Positions 21,011 through 32,787 of a DNA stretch of 64,000 nucleotides are shown piece by piece. Numbering within the stretch: the stretch's first letter is position 1; every line of letters starts with the position of its first letter. Below the pieces are notes generated by a model that saw nothing but the letters and a program-made list of their open reading frames with translations, ran no database searches and was not told where the DNA came from. Source of the DNA: Escherichia coli. GTDB lineage: Bacteria; Pseudomonadota; Gammaproteobacteria; Enterobacterales; Enterobacteriaceae. Both the position numbers and the translations under genes were made by a program. The stretch is taken from the NCBI RefSeq assembly GCF_003334785.1, contig NZ_QOWV01000002.1; one strand, given 5' to 3'.

Positions 21011-22104
21011 TAACGTCCCTCAAAATCAATACGCGGATCAACCAGCGTATAGCTGATATCACTGACAATATTCAGCAGCAGGCCAATCAGGGTGAAAATA
21101 TACAAGGTACCAAACATTACAGGATAATCGCGCGAGACGGTCGCTTCGTAGCCCAGTAAGCCCAGACCATTGAGTGAAAACATCACCTCAATCAGCAGCG
21201 AGCCGGTAAAAAACATGCTGATAAACGTCGCCGGAAAACCGGCAATCACCAGCAGCATGGCGTTGCGGAACACATGTTTCCAGAGAATATTTTTTTCACT
21301 TACCCCTTTCGCACGCGCGGTCACCACGTATTGCTTGCGCACTTCATCAAGGAATGAGTTTTTTGTCAGCATGGTCAGCGCCGCAAAGCCACCAATCACT
21401 GTCGCCAGCACCGGCAGCGTGATATGCCACAGATAATCGGTGATTTTCTGATACCACGGCAGCGAATCAAAGTTAGCGGAAACCAGGCCGCGTAGAGGGA
21501 ACAGGTCGAAATAGCTGCCGCCCGCGAAGAAGACAATCAGCAGGATGGCAAACAAAAAGGCCGGAATGGCGTAGCCGATGATGATAAATGCGCTACTCCA
21601 GACGTCAAAGCGGCTCCCATTATAAACAGCTTTGCGAATGCCTAACGGAATCGACACCAGATAGATAATCAGCGTGCTCCACAATCCGAGGGTGATGGAA
21701 ACCGGCAGACTGTCTTTAATCAGCGTCAGCACCGAGGCGCTGCGAAACAGGCTATCGCCAAAATCAAAGCGGATGTAGTCCCAGAGCATTTTGAAGTAAC
21801 GTTCGTGGATCGGCTTATCAAAACCGTAGCGATGAGTGATCTCAGCGATCACTTCTGGATCTAATCCGCGTCCGCCACGGTAATTACTGTCGCTGATATT
21901 GCCGACACCCGTTTGCGCATGGCTGGCACGAACACCTTCACCGCCTGCGCCGGGTAATACTCCGGCATTACCAAACTCAATGGCGGCGATGGCCTGGTCG
22001 ACCGGACCGCCAGGCGCAATTTGCACGATGAAAAAGTTGATGGTGATAATCGCCCATAATGTTGGGATCACCAGCAACAGACGGCGAATCAGGTAAGCGC
22101 CCAT
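21010..22104 (-). CDS. yejB: Peptide ABC transporter permease YejB
   Basis: 364-aa OppB/DppB-type permease with a 1-nt overlap with yejE. Confidence 0.94.
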
Positions 22105-23919
22105 CTACTCTCCCTGTTTGCTGGCGGACGGCAGTTTGGCCGCTTTATTGACGTCATACCACCAGGTATCGATACCGAGGCTATAGATGGGGCGCACGGC
22201 CGGCTGGGAGAATTTATCCCACCAGGCGAGACGGTCTTCCGCCATGTACCACATTGGCAGCATGTAATAATTCCACGTTAATACGCGATCCAGTGCTCGC
22301 CCCAACGGCAGTAATTTTTCTTTATTTCCCTGCGCGGCAATAATTTGGTTGATCAGCGAGTCGATAACCGGGCTTTGCACGCCGGGGGCATTATAAGTGG
22401 AATTGATATATTCCGATGACCAGGAAATCTGTAAATCGGAACTGGGCCACGGCATCGCCCGCCATACGCGCGGCATCATGTCATAGTCGCGACTGCGCAT
22501 GCGGTTAGTGATTTGCGAGTTATCCACCTTGCGAATGTCCATGTTGATACCCAGCCGTTGCAGGCTGTGCTGGAACGGCAATACCCACTGACTATTGCTG
22601 CTTGCGGGAAGCAATAATTCAAAGCTGAGTGGCTGACCCGTTGTGGCATTAACGCGTTGCTGACCCTTCAGCACCCAGCCCGCTTCGTTGAGAAGTTTGT
22701 CGGCTTTTAACAGGTTGTCACGATCGTAGCCATCGCCTTTGGATACCGGCGGCTGGTAGATTTGTGTGAAGACTTCTGACGGTAGATCTTTTTTCATTGG
22801 TGCCAGAAGCACCAGCTCCGCGGCGTCGGGGTAATTTCTGGCCGCGTATTCGGTATTCTGAAAATAACTGTTCGTGCGACTCCAGGCATTGTAAAACAAC
22901 GCCTTGTTCATCCATTCAAAGTCAAAGGCGAGAGTGATAGCTTCCCGGACCCGGCGATCGCTGAATACCGGACGTTGGATATTAAACGCCAGCCAACGCG
23001 TATCCTGGGCTGATTCGTTCTTTTGCTCATCTTTGATGATGTATTTTTTATCGAAATTTTTACCGGTATAACGCGTGGCCCAGTTTTTGGCGTCGTTTTC
23101 CATACGCAAATCAAAGGCACCTGCTTTAAACGCTTCAAAGGCGACATTATCATCGAGGTAATAATCGTAGCGAATGGTGTCGAAATTCCAGCGTCCACGG
23201 TTTACCGGTAAGTTTGCTGCCCAGTAATCTTTCACACGGGAATAGACAATATTTTGCCCCATTTTCCAGGACGTAACGCGGTACGGACCACTGGCAAGCG
23301 GAGGCGTGGCGAGCGGGTCGCTAAGTTTGTGATCCTTCCAGTACTTTTCTGGAAATACCGGCAGCGAAAACAGACTCAGCATATCTTCTTTGCCGGGTTT
23401 AGCTAACTCAATGCGCACGGTTAACGGTGCAATGGCTTTGACGGTGGTGCCTTTGTAGACCAGACGAAATTGCGGCACGCCTTCGGTCATAAATTTTTGA
23501 AAAGTAAACTCTACATCGCGGGCAGTAATGGGCGAACCATCATGAAAACGGGCGCGCGGATTAATAGCGACCTCCACCCAGGAATAATCGTCAGCATAGC
23601 GTGCGCTTTCAGCAATCAGCGGGTAATAACTGCCTGGTTCGTCATCGGAAGTCGTAAATAGCGTGTCGTACAGCTGCTCGGTGCGTGCGCCCGGGTTGCC
23701 GCGCAGTGCATAGCGGTTGAAATTATCGAAGGTGCCGAGGGCTGACAACGTTATCTGCCCACCTTTTGGCGCGGCGGGGTTCACATAATCAAAATGGTTG
23801 AAATTAAACGCGTACCGGGGTTCGCCCAGCACGGCAAAGGCATAGCTTTCCTTGATAGCCTGCGCCTGCACACCAAAGGTGAACAGAGCGATAAACAGCA
23901 GCAGTATGCGCACAATCAT
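22105..23919 (-). CDS. yejA: Periplasmic oligopeptide/microcin C-binding protein YejA
   Basis: The ATG at 23919 gives the 604-aa [21 protein letters not shown] signal peptide; the ORF-track start 23925 is TTG. Family-5 solute-binding protein. Confidence 0.93.
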
Positions 23920-24000
23920 CTGCAACGGATTTCCTTTTACTCATCATTAGCCGCAATCCGGCATGCTTTCACTATGAATAATAAGGGACGTAAGCACACC

Positions 24001-25557
24001 TTACCACTGCGGCGTATACGGTTTCTTTAGCCAGCGAACAAAATCGTCCAGCGGTAACGGGCGGCTAATCCAGTAGCCTTGCATGAAATTAACGCCGCGT
24101 TCGCTTAGCCATCGCGCCTGTTCCGGCGTTTCGACCCCTTCAGCAACCGTCAGCATATTGAGGCGTTTCGCCAGCGTCAGCACCGCGTCAAGTACGGGGG
24201 AAGTGATCGTTTCCGTACCGATGGCGTTGATAAATCCACGGTCAATTTTCAGATAATCGAGCGTAAAACGCTCAAGATAGATAAGCGCGCTGTGCCCGGT
24301 GCCGAAGTCATCAATAGCAATTTCTACGCCGACCGAGTGCAGCCAGGCGAAGAGTTGTGTGGCTTCTTGCTCTTTCAACATATCGCGCTCGGTAATTTCC
24401 AGCACAATCTGGAAATGGTGTGCGGGCAGGGAAGTGAGCAGTTTCTGGATATCTGCTTTAAAGCTTTCGCTGTGCAGATGGTCCGGCGCAATGTTAATAC
24501 CAAATTTGACGCCTACCGGCAGCACTTTTTCTAATTCTGCGGCATCGCGGGCAATTAACTCAAACAGGTGCTGAGTCAGCGGCACAATCATCTTTTGCGA
24601 TTCGGCAAAGTTAATGAAGGCATCCGGGGGAATTTCTCCCGCGACAGGATGCCGCCAGCGTAGCAGTACTTCCAGGCCCGTTACTCGCAAAGCTTGTGTA
24701 TCCACCACCGGTTGATACGCCACGTAAAATTGTTCGCGCTTGATGGCGGTCATGATTTCTCTGCCGGGGCGCATACGTACGCTCATCAGGTAATAGCAGA
24801 GCAGGCCAACGACAGTTCCACTCATGCCGCCCAGTAAAAATGCGTACCACACATCGTTCCATGTCCAGTCATCTGCATAAAGCCGAACGGTCAGAGGAAT
24901 GCCCGCAATTTTAGTTTCACGGACTGGCATGTCGGTTAATTCGTTAACGTTCATCAAACGTGAAGAAAAGGTAGATAGCGCAGTATTGCCAATAATGAGG
25001 GCGACGCCATCGTAATCTTCCTGCCGTGAACTATAAAAGAGTGAAGGCGTCAGGTTGAGATTCAGAGCGGCAAAGACGCCGCTATTTTTCAGCAAAGGGT
25101 TGCGATACCAGATGACGATTGCGGGTTTGTTCGGCACCATCGGCGTGCCGGGTAAGATCGCCATATCGACGTTTTTATTAATGTCGAGCGCCGGAATCAA
25201 TTCATTGAGTGGAATGTCCATCTCACCGGTCGCAGATGAACAGAATGTTTTTTTATCTTTCACCAGCACAAACGTTCGGACATTCATGCTAAACGCTGCG
25301 CGGGCGGTCAGTTCGGGGTTAGCTTGCTGGCAGGTATCTAAGGTCAGCGGCTGGAGCCGGTCAGTAGTGGATTTCAGGTCGGCAAAATAGGTATCGAGAT
25401 ACTTTTGTACGTCGGTAATCAGTGTGTCGTATTTGACTTCGTGCTTATGCCAGGCCACTAAAAACTGAAGGCAACTCACCAGTATCGCAATCATTACGCC
25501 TGCAACAATGCAGGTAAGCAGGAGCTTACGTCCAAAATTGGGAGCGCGTATGAACAT
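24001..25557 (-). CDS. pdeN: c-di-GMP phosphodiesterase PdeN (Rtn), CSS-domain + EAL
   Basis: 518 aa with two TM segments flanking a periplasmic CSS-motif domain (FCSSATGE), and a C-terminal EAL domain (EVLLRW ... DDFGTG). Confidence 0.93.
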   Translation of the reverse strand: MFIRAPNFGRKLLLTCIVAGVMIAILVSCLQFLVAWHKHEVKYDTLITDVQKYLDTYFADLKSTTDRLQPLTLDTCQQANPELTARAAFSMNVRTFVLVKDKKTFCSSATGEMDIPLNELIPALDINKNVDMAILPGTPMVPNKPAIVIWYRNPLLKNSGVFAALNLNLTPSLFYSSRQEDYDGVALIIGNTALSTFSSRLMNVNELTDMPVRETKIAGIPLTVRLYADDWTWNDVWYAFLLGGMSGTVVGLLCYYLMSVRMRPGREIMTAIKREQFYVAYQPVVDTQALRVTGLEVLLRWRHPVAGEIPPDAFINFAESQKMIVPLTQHLFELIARDAAELEKVLPVGVKFGINIAPDHLHSESFKADIQKLLTSLPAHHFQIVLEITERDMLKEQEATQLFAWLHSVGVEIAIDDFGTGHSALIYLERFTLDYLKIDRGFINAIGTETITSPVLDAVLTLAKRLNMLTVAEGVETPEQARWLSERGVNFMQGYWISRPLPLDDFVRWLKKPYTPQW

Positions 25558-25660
25558 GATTCCGTTAATTTCCTGAAATTACGACAACATTTAAAAGATA
25601 ACAATGACCGGACTATAGCCTGGATCAAGACGCGGAAACATCATTTTCTCTGATGAATGA

Positions 25661-25688
25661 AAACAAAAAAGCACTGCCTAAGCAGTGC
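25661..25688 (-). terminator. mepS intrinsic terminator
   Basis: GCACTGC-ctaa-GCAGTGC. On the minus strand it is followed by UUUUUUGUUUU. Confidence 0.8.
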
Positions 25689-25737
25689 TTTCAGTTAACT
25701 CGTCAGGATAGCCAAGGGATTGCATCCAAACGGTTTA

Positions 25738-26304
25738 TTAGCTGCGGCTGAGAACCCGGCGTGCTTCGTTGTAACGCTTCTTCCAGTACGGTTCATTCAT
25801 GCTGGAAATAATAACACCACTGCTGGTGGAAGCATGGACAAACTGATTGTTGCCGATATAAATACCGACATGGCGTCCCGTTGAACCGGCACGGAACAGA
25901 ACTAAATCACCCGTACGCAAATTACTGCGGGAAACAGATTTACCCATTTCCTGCTGTTCGTAAGTCGAACGCGGAAGTTCTAAGCCAAATTGCTCACGGA
26001 ATGTACGCTGTACGAAACCAGAACAATCGATACCTTTTTTAGTGCTGCCGCCCAGACGATAACGTACGCCTTTCCAGTCAGCATACTGATCCATAATTCG
26101 CGATTTTACGTCGACATTACGAACCAGGTTTTCAAATTCATCCTGAGAAGCTTGCAGTGATGATGTTTCACTACCCACTGCACGTGTCTCAGGATGCATA
26201 TTCTTTGCGGTGTTATTTGCACTACATGCAGAAAGCAGAACCGCTACTGCAATCGCGGGAATCCCGCGCAAGATATATCTCAAAATCGGTTGAGATTTGA
26301 CCAT
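25738..26304 (-). CDS. mepS: Peptidoglycan DD-endopeptidase / LD-carboxypeptidase lipoprotein MepS (Spr), NlpC/P60
   Basis: 188 aa with the lipobox LLSAC and the NlpC/P60 catalytic Cys context GIDCSGFV. Confidence 0.95.
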
Positions 26305-26715
26305 GTTGTTTGTTTTCCCTTGAAGTCCTTAACGACAAATATCGTTATAAAAAAATGCCAAGCGACACGAGACTAATTACCTGGGCATGTTGAAACAATT
26401 CCTTAAGGCCAAATCTGTGGACTAACGCACAAAATTATATGCTGTGAGGATAATCTACCGCCGAGGCAAAACGAGTTCGAGATTACCCGATTGGTGCGGT
26501 CTTGGCGAGCGGTTTTACATGATTTTTTATAAGAAAAAGTGATACAGAAAGTTAATAAGCGGGGTTGGTCAATTAAAGTACAATTGAGTGAAACGCATGC
26601 AATCCATTCATTTACTTAGAGAATGATTTTTGCGTTCGATAGATGAAAGCACGGTGCGCATCATCAGGATTATCCTCACTATAAAAATAACCCTGATGAT
26701 GTTAATTACTGTGAG

Positions 26716-27429
26716 TTATTTGTTTTGGAAATGTTTGTTTTTTCCTGGTAGTGATTTGTCAAAAAAGGTGATTAATCGATCACTTAATGGCGTCAGCAAC
26801 ACCCAGGGCAAACCGATCAATATCACGGTCATCGAACCGACAATGATGTCAGTAAACCAGTGTGCGCCAATCATTACTCTGGGAAATGCAAAAACCACAA
26901 AAATAATAAGGGCGATAAGGCCTGCAACTTTGCCGAAATAACGCCACATGAATGCCGAAAAAATAAGCAGCATCATGCCGTGATCGCCGGGAAAGCTATC
27001 TCGTGAGGCATCTTTCGTGGGAACAGAGAGCAGTTCGCTGACGCGGTTAATATCGGTAAAAGTCAATGTTGGGCTGGCCCGTTTTACAGGAATTAATGCC
27101 TGACCCAGCTGGTTTAATACCACTGCAGTTAATAGCATGACCAGACCAATAATCACGATACGTCGTCTGCCAGGGGCGTTTTCTTTCAGCCAGAAACTCA
27201 GCATCAACATACCCATCGCCAGCAGTGAACAACCGTCGAAGGCGCGATTGTTGGTCAATGCAACCAGCCACAAAAAGGCCTTACTTTCGACCAGTTTCTG
27301 ATTAAAGAAATAAAAAATATCCGCATCAATCGGCAACCAGAATCCATGATTAACGGGGATATACCAGGAAAGAAACAGCGCGAGGCCGACAATATTCAAC
27401 AACACTATTTGCGGCAAATTTTTAATCAT
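26716..27429 (-). CDS. lpxT: Lipid A 1-diphosphate synthase LpxT (YeiU), PAP2 family
   Basis: The ATG at 27429 gives the 237-aa MIKNLPQIVLL... form. PAP2 motifs are PGDHG and the His in GAHWFTD. Confidence 0.92.
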   Translation of the reverse strand: MIKNLPQIVLLNIVGLALFLSWYIPVNHGFWLPIDADIFYFFNQKLVESKAFLWLVALTNNRAFDGCSLLAMGMLMLSFWLKENAPGRRRIVIIGLVMLLTAVVLNQLGQALIPVKRASPTLTFTDINRVSELLSVPTKDASRDSFPGDHGMMLLIFSAFMWRYFGKVAGLIALIIFVVFAFPRVMIGAHWFTDIIVGSMTVILIGLPWVLLTPLSDRLITFFDKSLPGKNKHFQNK

Positions 27430-27467
27430 ATTTTCTCTAATTATCTTACTGAAAAACGCAGGCAACC

Positions 27468-28454
27468 TTACGCGGTAGTCGCTAAACGAAGCTTCAACAG
27501 CGCGCTCTGCAAGGCATTCCAGTCAGCTTCGCTGCTGGAAATCAGCTCAATACGGCTGTCCGGTGGCGCAACGTTTTGCGTTTCAATGTGCAGGTCATCG
27601 CCCTGACGGTTGATTCGCACCAGCCCTTCGGGAATACGCAGCACGCCTTTGACGCGTTCCACCGGTGCAAGTCGCGCCCATTCCAGAATGCCAATGGTGT
27701 CGAATACCGTATCAGCGTCGAATATCCAGCCGCAGGCCTGATATCCTTGCCCGCTGTTCAGACTGCGACGCCAGCGTTGATGCTCTGGCAGGCTTAACGC
27801 TGCTAACCCTTTTTTCACGACATGCTGATGAGAATGCGCGGCGCTGGCGGGCAACTCGGCTAAATTGCGACGCGGCAAATCCAGAAGATGACCGTCAACT
27901 TTCCCATGCTCACTGTGAATTAATTGTCGATCGCCACCATTTTGCTGCCACCAACGCTGTAGCGCTTGCTCACTTTCGGGCGTCGTACGGTCGGATTTAT
28001 TGGCGACAATGATGTCTGCGGCAGCCAGCTGGTCACGGAAGTTTTCATTGCTGGCGCTTTTTTCGTCCAGCAGCAAGCGCGGATCGAGAATGCACAAGGT
28101 GGCGCGCAGATCTATCCACGGTTCATAGACTGGTGCGGTTAACAGATCGAGGATCTGTTTCGGATGGCCCAGCCCGGTCGGCTCTATCAACAAGCGGTCT
28201 GGTTTTCCCTGACGCAGTAAGGTATTCAACCCTACCTGCATGGGTAAACCATTAACGCAGCACATGCAGCCGCCGGGGATCTCTTTCAGCAATGCGCCGC
28301 TATCGGCGAGCAAAGCACCATCAATTCCGACTTCCCCAAATTCATTAACCAGTACCGCCCATTTTTCGTTGGGATCTTTATGGGCTAACAGATGAAGAAT
28401 CGACGTGGTTTTCCCGCTGCCGAGAAAACCGGTGATGAGGTTGGTCCTGGTCAC
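27468..28454 (-). CDS. yeiR: COG0523-family zinc-binding GTPase YeiR
   Basis: 328 aa with a GTG start, P-loop GFLGSGKTT, the metal-binding motif GCMCC and a His-rich stretch AAHSHQH. Confidence 0.92.
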   Translation of the reverse strand: MTRTNLITGFLGSGKTTSILHLLAHKDPNEKWAVLVNEFGEVGIDGALLADSGALLKEIPGGCMCCVNGLPMQVGLNTLLRQGKPDRLLIEPTGLGHPKQILDLLTAPVYEPWIDLRATLCILDPRLLLDEKSASNENFRDQLAAADIIVANKSDRTTPESEQALQRWWQQNGGDRQLIHSEHGKVDGHLLDLPRRNLAELPASAAHSHQHVVKKGLAALSLPEHQRWRRSLNSGQGYQACGWIFDADTVFDTIGILEWARLAPVERVKGVLRIPEGLVRINRQGDDLHIETQNVAPPDSRIELISSSEADWNALQSALLKLRLATTA

Positions 28455-28571
28455 AACGGCTCCGCAATACTCTGGTAAGTTAACTGAGCGTTAATCCTGG
28501 CTAAAAAAGGCAGAAAAGAGAAGGGGAGAGCGGACGAAGGTGAGCTTCATCCGCTTTAACCGCAGAAATCG

Positions 28572-30038
28572 TTAAATTTTGAGGGTGTTTAATAGCGCCT
28601 GATGTGCGCCGAATTGTACGATTTGTTGCCAGGCTTGTTCGATGGCCTGCACAAAATGCGGGTTATCTGGCAGATCATCACCGAAAACTTCACGCAGGGA
28701 AAGCAGGGCGGTTACGCGTTGTTCACTGCTGCTGCCCGCAACAAGTTCGCGAATTTTATCGCTAAGCGGATCGCGAACATCAATGGCATTTCCGGCATCA
28801 TCAACGCCGCTGACGTAACGCATCCAGCCTGCAACGCCTAATGCCAGCAACGACCAGTCCGTTTCGCGCCCCTGATGTATGCGAATACCTGCCAGCATGC
28901 GTTGCGGTAATTTCTGGCTGCCATCCATCGCGATTTGCCAGGTCTTATGTTTCAGCGCCGGATTAGCAAAACGTGCAATTAACTTATCCGCATATTGTGT
29001 TAAATCGACATCTTTAATTTGCAGTGTCGGCGCTTGCTCATCCAGCATTAATGTTCTGGCGGCATGGCGAAATGCGCGATCCTGCATGCAATCACTGATA
29101 TGGGCGAATCCTGAGAGGTAACCCAGATAAGCGAGAAAAGAGTGGCTGCCATTAAGCATCCGCAGTTTCATCTCTTCCCATGGCAGGACATCATTCACCA
29201 TTTGTACACCTGCGACTTCCCAGGCAGGACGCCCAGCGACGAAGTTATCTTCCACCACCCACTGGATAAACGGTTCGCAGCTAATCGCGCAGGGATCATT
29301 CACCCCCAGATGCTGGCTGATTTCCACCAGTGATTCGTCGGTTGCAGCCGGAACAATGCGGTCGACCATGGTTCCCGGAAAACTGACGTGCTCTTTTATC
29401 CACCCGGCGAGTTCTGGCGAACGTTTTTCTGCCATTCCCAGCACCGCGTTTTTCACCACATGACCATTGTCGGGAATATTGTCGCAGGAGAGCACGGTAA
29501 ACGGTGTAAGGCCGCGCTCACGGCGGCGTTTCAGTGCTTCGACGAGAATACCCGGTGCGGAGTGAGGTTCTTCAGGGGTTTGTAGATCGTGAATAATCCG
29601 CGGATTACTGGTGTCGAGTGCACCGGTGGCCGGGTCAATACAATAGCCTTTTTCGGTAATCGTCAGGGAAACAATTGCCACCTGTGGCTCGCAAAATTTC
29701 TCAATAATTGCCGCTAAGGAATCCAGTTTTGCATTAAGGCATTCGTGAACGGCACCGACAATTATCACCTGATTGCCGTCCGCACCTTTCTCCAGCACGG
29801 TATATAAATGGTTCTGTGCGCGGAGCTGGCTCATCAGTTGATCACCGCTGAACAAGCTGATTTCACAGATCCCCCAGTCGCCGCCCTGGGCATTCAGCAC
29901 ACGATCGGTCAGTAACGCCTGATGAGCGCGGTGAAAGGCTCCAAAGCCAAAATGAACGATACGTGATTGCAACTGCTGGCGATCATAGCGTGGAGCGTGT
30001 ACATGATGCGGGAGCGTAACGGAGGCGATTGTATTCAT
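28572..30038 (-). CDS. yeiQ: Mannitol-dehydrogenase-family oxidoreductase YeiQ
   Basis: The ATG at 30038 gives the 488-aa MNTIASVTL... form. Rossmann-like start HFGFGAFHRAH, as in UxuB/MtlD relatives. Confidence 0.9.
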   Translation of the reverse strand: MNTIASVTLPHHVHAPRYDRQQLQSRIVHFGFGAFHRAHQALLTDRVLNAQGGDWGICEISLFSGDQLMSQLRAQNHLYTVLEKGADGNQVIIVGAVHECLNAKLDSLAAIIEKFCEPQVAIVSLTITEKGYCIDPATGALDTSNPRIIHDLQTPEEPHSAPGILVEALKRRRERGLTPFTVLSCDNIPDNGHVVKNAVLGMAEKRSPELAGWIKEHVSFPGTMVDRIVPAATDESLVEISQHLGVNDPCAISCEPFIQWVVEDNFVAGRPAWEVAGVQMVNDVLPWEEMKLRMLNGSHSFLAYLGYLSGFAHISDCMQDRAFRHAARTLMLDEQAPTLQIKDVDLTQYADKLIARFANPALKHKTWQIAMDGSQKLPQRMLAGIRIHQGRETDWSLLALGVAGWMRYVSGVDDAGNAIDVRDPLSDKIRELVAGSSSEQRVTALLSLREVFGDDLPDNPHFVQAIEQAWQQIVQFGAHQALLNTLKI

Positions 30039-30214
30039 AGGAGTCACGTCTTAGTAACGATTAATTAACAACGACAGTGTAAAGTTATATGACAGCAATT
30101 GAAATTGGTCTGGATTGTTAATGCGATGAAGTGTGAGGGCGATCAATCAACGAGTGAAAATTGAGGGCGTAAGGTGTTCAGGAAGCGCAAAATAGAAGAT
30201 TGGTATAATAAATT

Positions 30215-30246
30215 AAAAAAGGGACAGCCTGAGCTATCCCTTTTCT
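30215..30246 (-). terminator. yeiP intrinsic terminator
   Basis: GGGATAGC-tcag-GCTGTCCC (one mismatch) on the minus strand, followed by UUUUUU. Confidence 0.7.
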
Positions 30247-30260
30247 GCATGCGGCTGAAG

Positions 30261-30833
30261 TTAGTCAGCACGCCCCATATAACGGCGTTCTTCGATATGG
30301 ATACGAATTTTTTCGCCCGGGCTTAAGTATTCTGGTACCTGAATCACCAGACCAGTGCTCAATGTCGCCGGTTTGTTACGGGCGCTGGCAGATGCCCCTT
30401 TGATGCCTGGTGCGGTTTCAACGATTTCCAGATCAACGGTCTGCGGCAGCTCAAGCGCCAGCAGTTGACCGTCCCAGGTCAGCACCTGCATGTCCGGCAT
30501 GCCGCCCTCTGGCATAAACAGCAACTCTTCTTCAATCTGATCTTTGGTGAAGGTATACGGGGTATAGTCTTCTTTATCCATAAAGACATATTCGTTGCCA
30601 TCGACATAGGAGAAGTCAACGTAACGGCGGGTCAGCGTCACGGTGTCAACGATATCATCACCTTTGAAACGCTCTTCTACTTTCAGCCCGGTACGGACAT
30701 CAGAAAAACGCATTTTGTACAGCGTAGCGGCACCGCGGGCAGTGGGCGACTGAATATCAATATCCTTAACCAGCAGCAGTTTGCCGTTGTAATTCAGTAC
30801 CATACCTTTTTTAATTTCGTTCGCTCTTGGCAT
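30261..30833 (-). CDS. yeiP: Elongation factor P paralog YeiP (EfpL)
   Basis: The ATG at 30833 gives the 190-aa [20 protein letters not shown]... form with a three-domain EF-P fold. The ORF-track start 31088 is an unsupported 85-aa extension. Confidence 0.95.
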
Positions 30834-30987
30834 CGAAAAATTCCTGTAGTCGAAAATGTCAAAAATATCGCGACAAAGTACTCGCGACGGGCCTTTCGGG
30901 CAAGTGGTATTCGCACTTTTGCTGGTGCAAAAAAGGTGGTACTGTGCGCGCTCATCAATCCGGTGGTTAACCTTAAGAGAACAACGT

Positions 30988-31242
30988 ATGGAATGCCGTC
31001 CGGGTTGCGGGGCGTGTTGCACTGCCCCTTCAATTTCCAGCCCTATTCCCGGTATGCCAGATGGCAAGCCCGCCAATACGCCCTGCATTCAGCTTGATGA
31101 ACAGCAACGCTGTAAAATTTTCACCTCGCCACTGCGACCGAAAGTCTGTGCAGGCTTACAAGCCAGCGCTGAAATGTGCGGTAACTCGCGTCAGCAGGCC
31201 ATGACCTGGCTTATCGATCTGGAAATGCTGACCGCGCCTTAA
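30988..31242 (+). CDS. yeiW: Cysteine-cluster protein YeiW (YkgJ / CxxCxxCC family)
   Basis: The ATG at 30988 gives the 84-aa [15 protein letters not shown]... form; further Cys residues at CIQL, RCKIF and VCAG. Stop overlaps the setB stop. Confidence 0.85.
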
Positions 31243-32420
31243 ACATCTTTAATCCGCAGTAAGCAAAACAGAGTGGCGATAATCATCACCATCGCAAACC
31301 AGAACACAGCGTGATAATTCCAGATCTCGGCGACGATGCCCGCCACTGATCCTGCGATGATCCAGCCCACGCGCGAAGTGTTGGTATAGAGCGTGGTGGC
31401 TGAACCCGCCTGACCGGGCATCAGATCCTGAAAATAGAGCATCCCGATGCCGCCCAGAATGCCAATAAAAATAGCATTTAGCAGCTGCAAGCCCAACAGA
31501 ATGACAGGTGAATGCGCCATCAGCATTCCTGCGTAAAAACAGACGCCACCCACGGCAGCAACGCGCATTAAGAAACGCTTACCCAGACGTTTGGCGAAAT
31601 ATCCGGCAATCAACATCGTCGGGATTTCCAGCCCGGCGGCGGTCCCCATCATCACACCGGCCAGTTTCTCGGGAAGATGCAGTTCGTTGATAATAAATAG
31701 CGGCATGTTGATGATGTACAGGCTGTTCGAGCCCCACATCAATGTACAAATGACAAACAGCAGCAGCGTATCGCGACGGTTACGGCGCGGCGCTTCGATC
31801 GTGCCGGTCGCCAGCGGAAGCTCTTTTTGCATCGACGGTAAAAACAGCCACACCATCACACCGCAAACAATAAACGCTACCGCTGCGCTCAGATACATTA
31901 CCGTAAAGCTGAAACCCATCGCTAAGGCATAAGCCAGCGGTGGGCCAATGACCCATGCCAGTGAAACCTGAGCGCGTAAAAAAGAGCTGAACATCACCGC
32001 CTCACGTCCGGTTTTGTCGGCATGTTCACGGGCAAGGGCAAACATTTGCGGGTTAGCGGTCGAGCCAAAGCTGCTAAGAAAGACGCCAACGAATAGCAAA
32101 ACAAAGTAGTTGCGATTCCAGGCAAAAAGGGTGCAGGCCAGCACGCCTAACAGGCAGCAAAAGACAATCAGCGATTTGCGATCGCCGCGCTTATCAGAGC
32201 GCCCGGCGAGAAACTGACTTACCAGAATCCCAATGACAGCGCTGCCGGTAAAGAAGAATCCCACCATCGCCGGACGGGCATGTACTTCATCGGTAAGAAA
32301 AATACTGAGTGTCGGGGTTTGCAGAGCGCCCGCAATACCGGTGAGAAAGGCAACGATTAAAAACGCCGTCGAGGTCAGGTCAAACGATTTCGCGCTGGAG
32401 ACTGCGGGGGAGTTATGCAT
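31239..32420 (-). CDS. setB: Sugar efflux MFS transporter SetB
   Basis: 393-aa 12-TM MFS protein. Recognised sequence. Confidence 0.93.
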
Positions 32421-32686
32421 GCTGGTCGATCACTGGAAGAGGAAGACGCGGAGTTTACGCTGCTTGTCAGAAAATAAACAGACAGCGAAATCAAAAGCGC
32501 CACGAATAGTCAAAATGCCATTTCACTGTTGCTGATTGGCTGCTGACGCTGCTGAAATGAAATTGCTGATAACGGATTTTCCCATCAGCAATTAGGAAAA
32601 ATGGCAAAAAATTGTGCAGCACATCAAACTTTTGCTCATAACTTTACGGCTTTCCTTGCGTGCTGAAACAGAAGTATTATGCTTTC

Positions 32687-32701
32687 TTGAAACGTTTCAG
32701 C
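32687..32701. promoter_or_regulatory. Cra (FruR) operator, fruB promoter
   Basis: TTGAAACGTTTCAGC matches the Cra half-site pattern TGAAAC/GTTTCA. Confidence 0.7.
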
Positions 32702-32752
32702 GCGATCTTGTCTTTAACCCTAAGCCAGGTTGGCGCTTTTTTTCTCATAGAG

Positions 32753-32766
32753 GCTGAATCGTTTCA
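32753..32766. promoter_or_regulatory. Cra (FruR) operator, fruB leader
   Basis: GCTGAATCGTTTCA matches the Cra consensus GCTGAAWCGWTTCA. It lies 22 nt before the fruB ATG. Confidence 0.75.
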
Positions 32767-32787
32767 ATTCAGCAAGAGAGGAGAACT

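Noticed and set aside
28455-28571. Zur box upstream of the COG0523 GTPase gene yeiR
   Set aside because: Nothing here resembles GAAATGTTATAWTATAACATTTC. The only structure is a 6-bp hairpin (AGCGGA...TCCGCT) that looks like the yeiQ terminator.
30834-31088. 85-aa N-terminal extension of yeiP suggested by the ORF track (275-aa form), plus the 210-aa antisense ORF at 30465-31097
   Set aside because: The EF-P homology starts at [10 protein letters not shown] (ATG at 30833). The extension overlaps the yeiW promoter and coding region and has no RBS.
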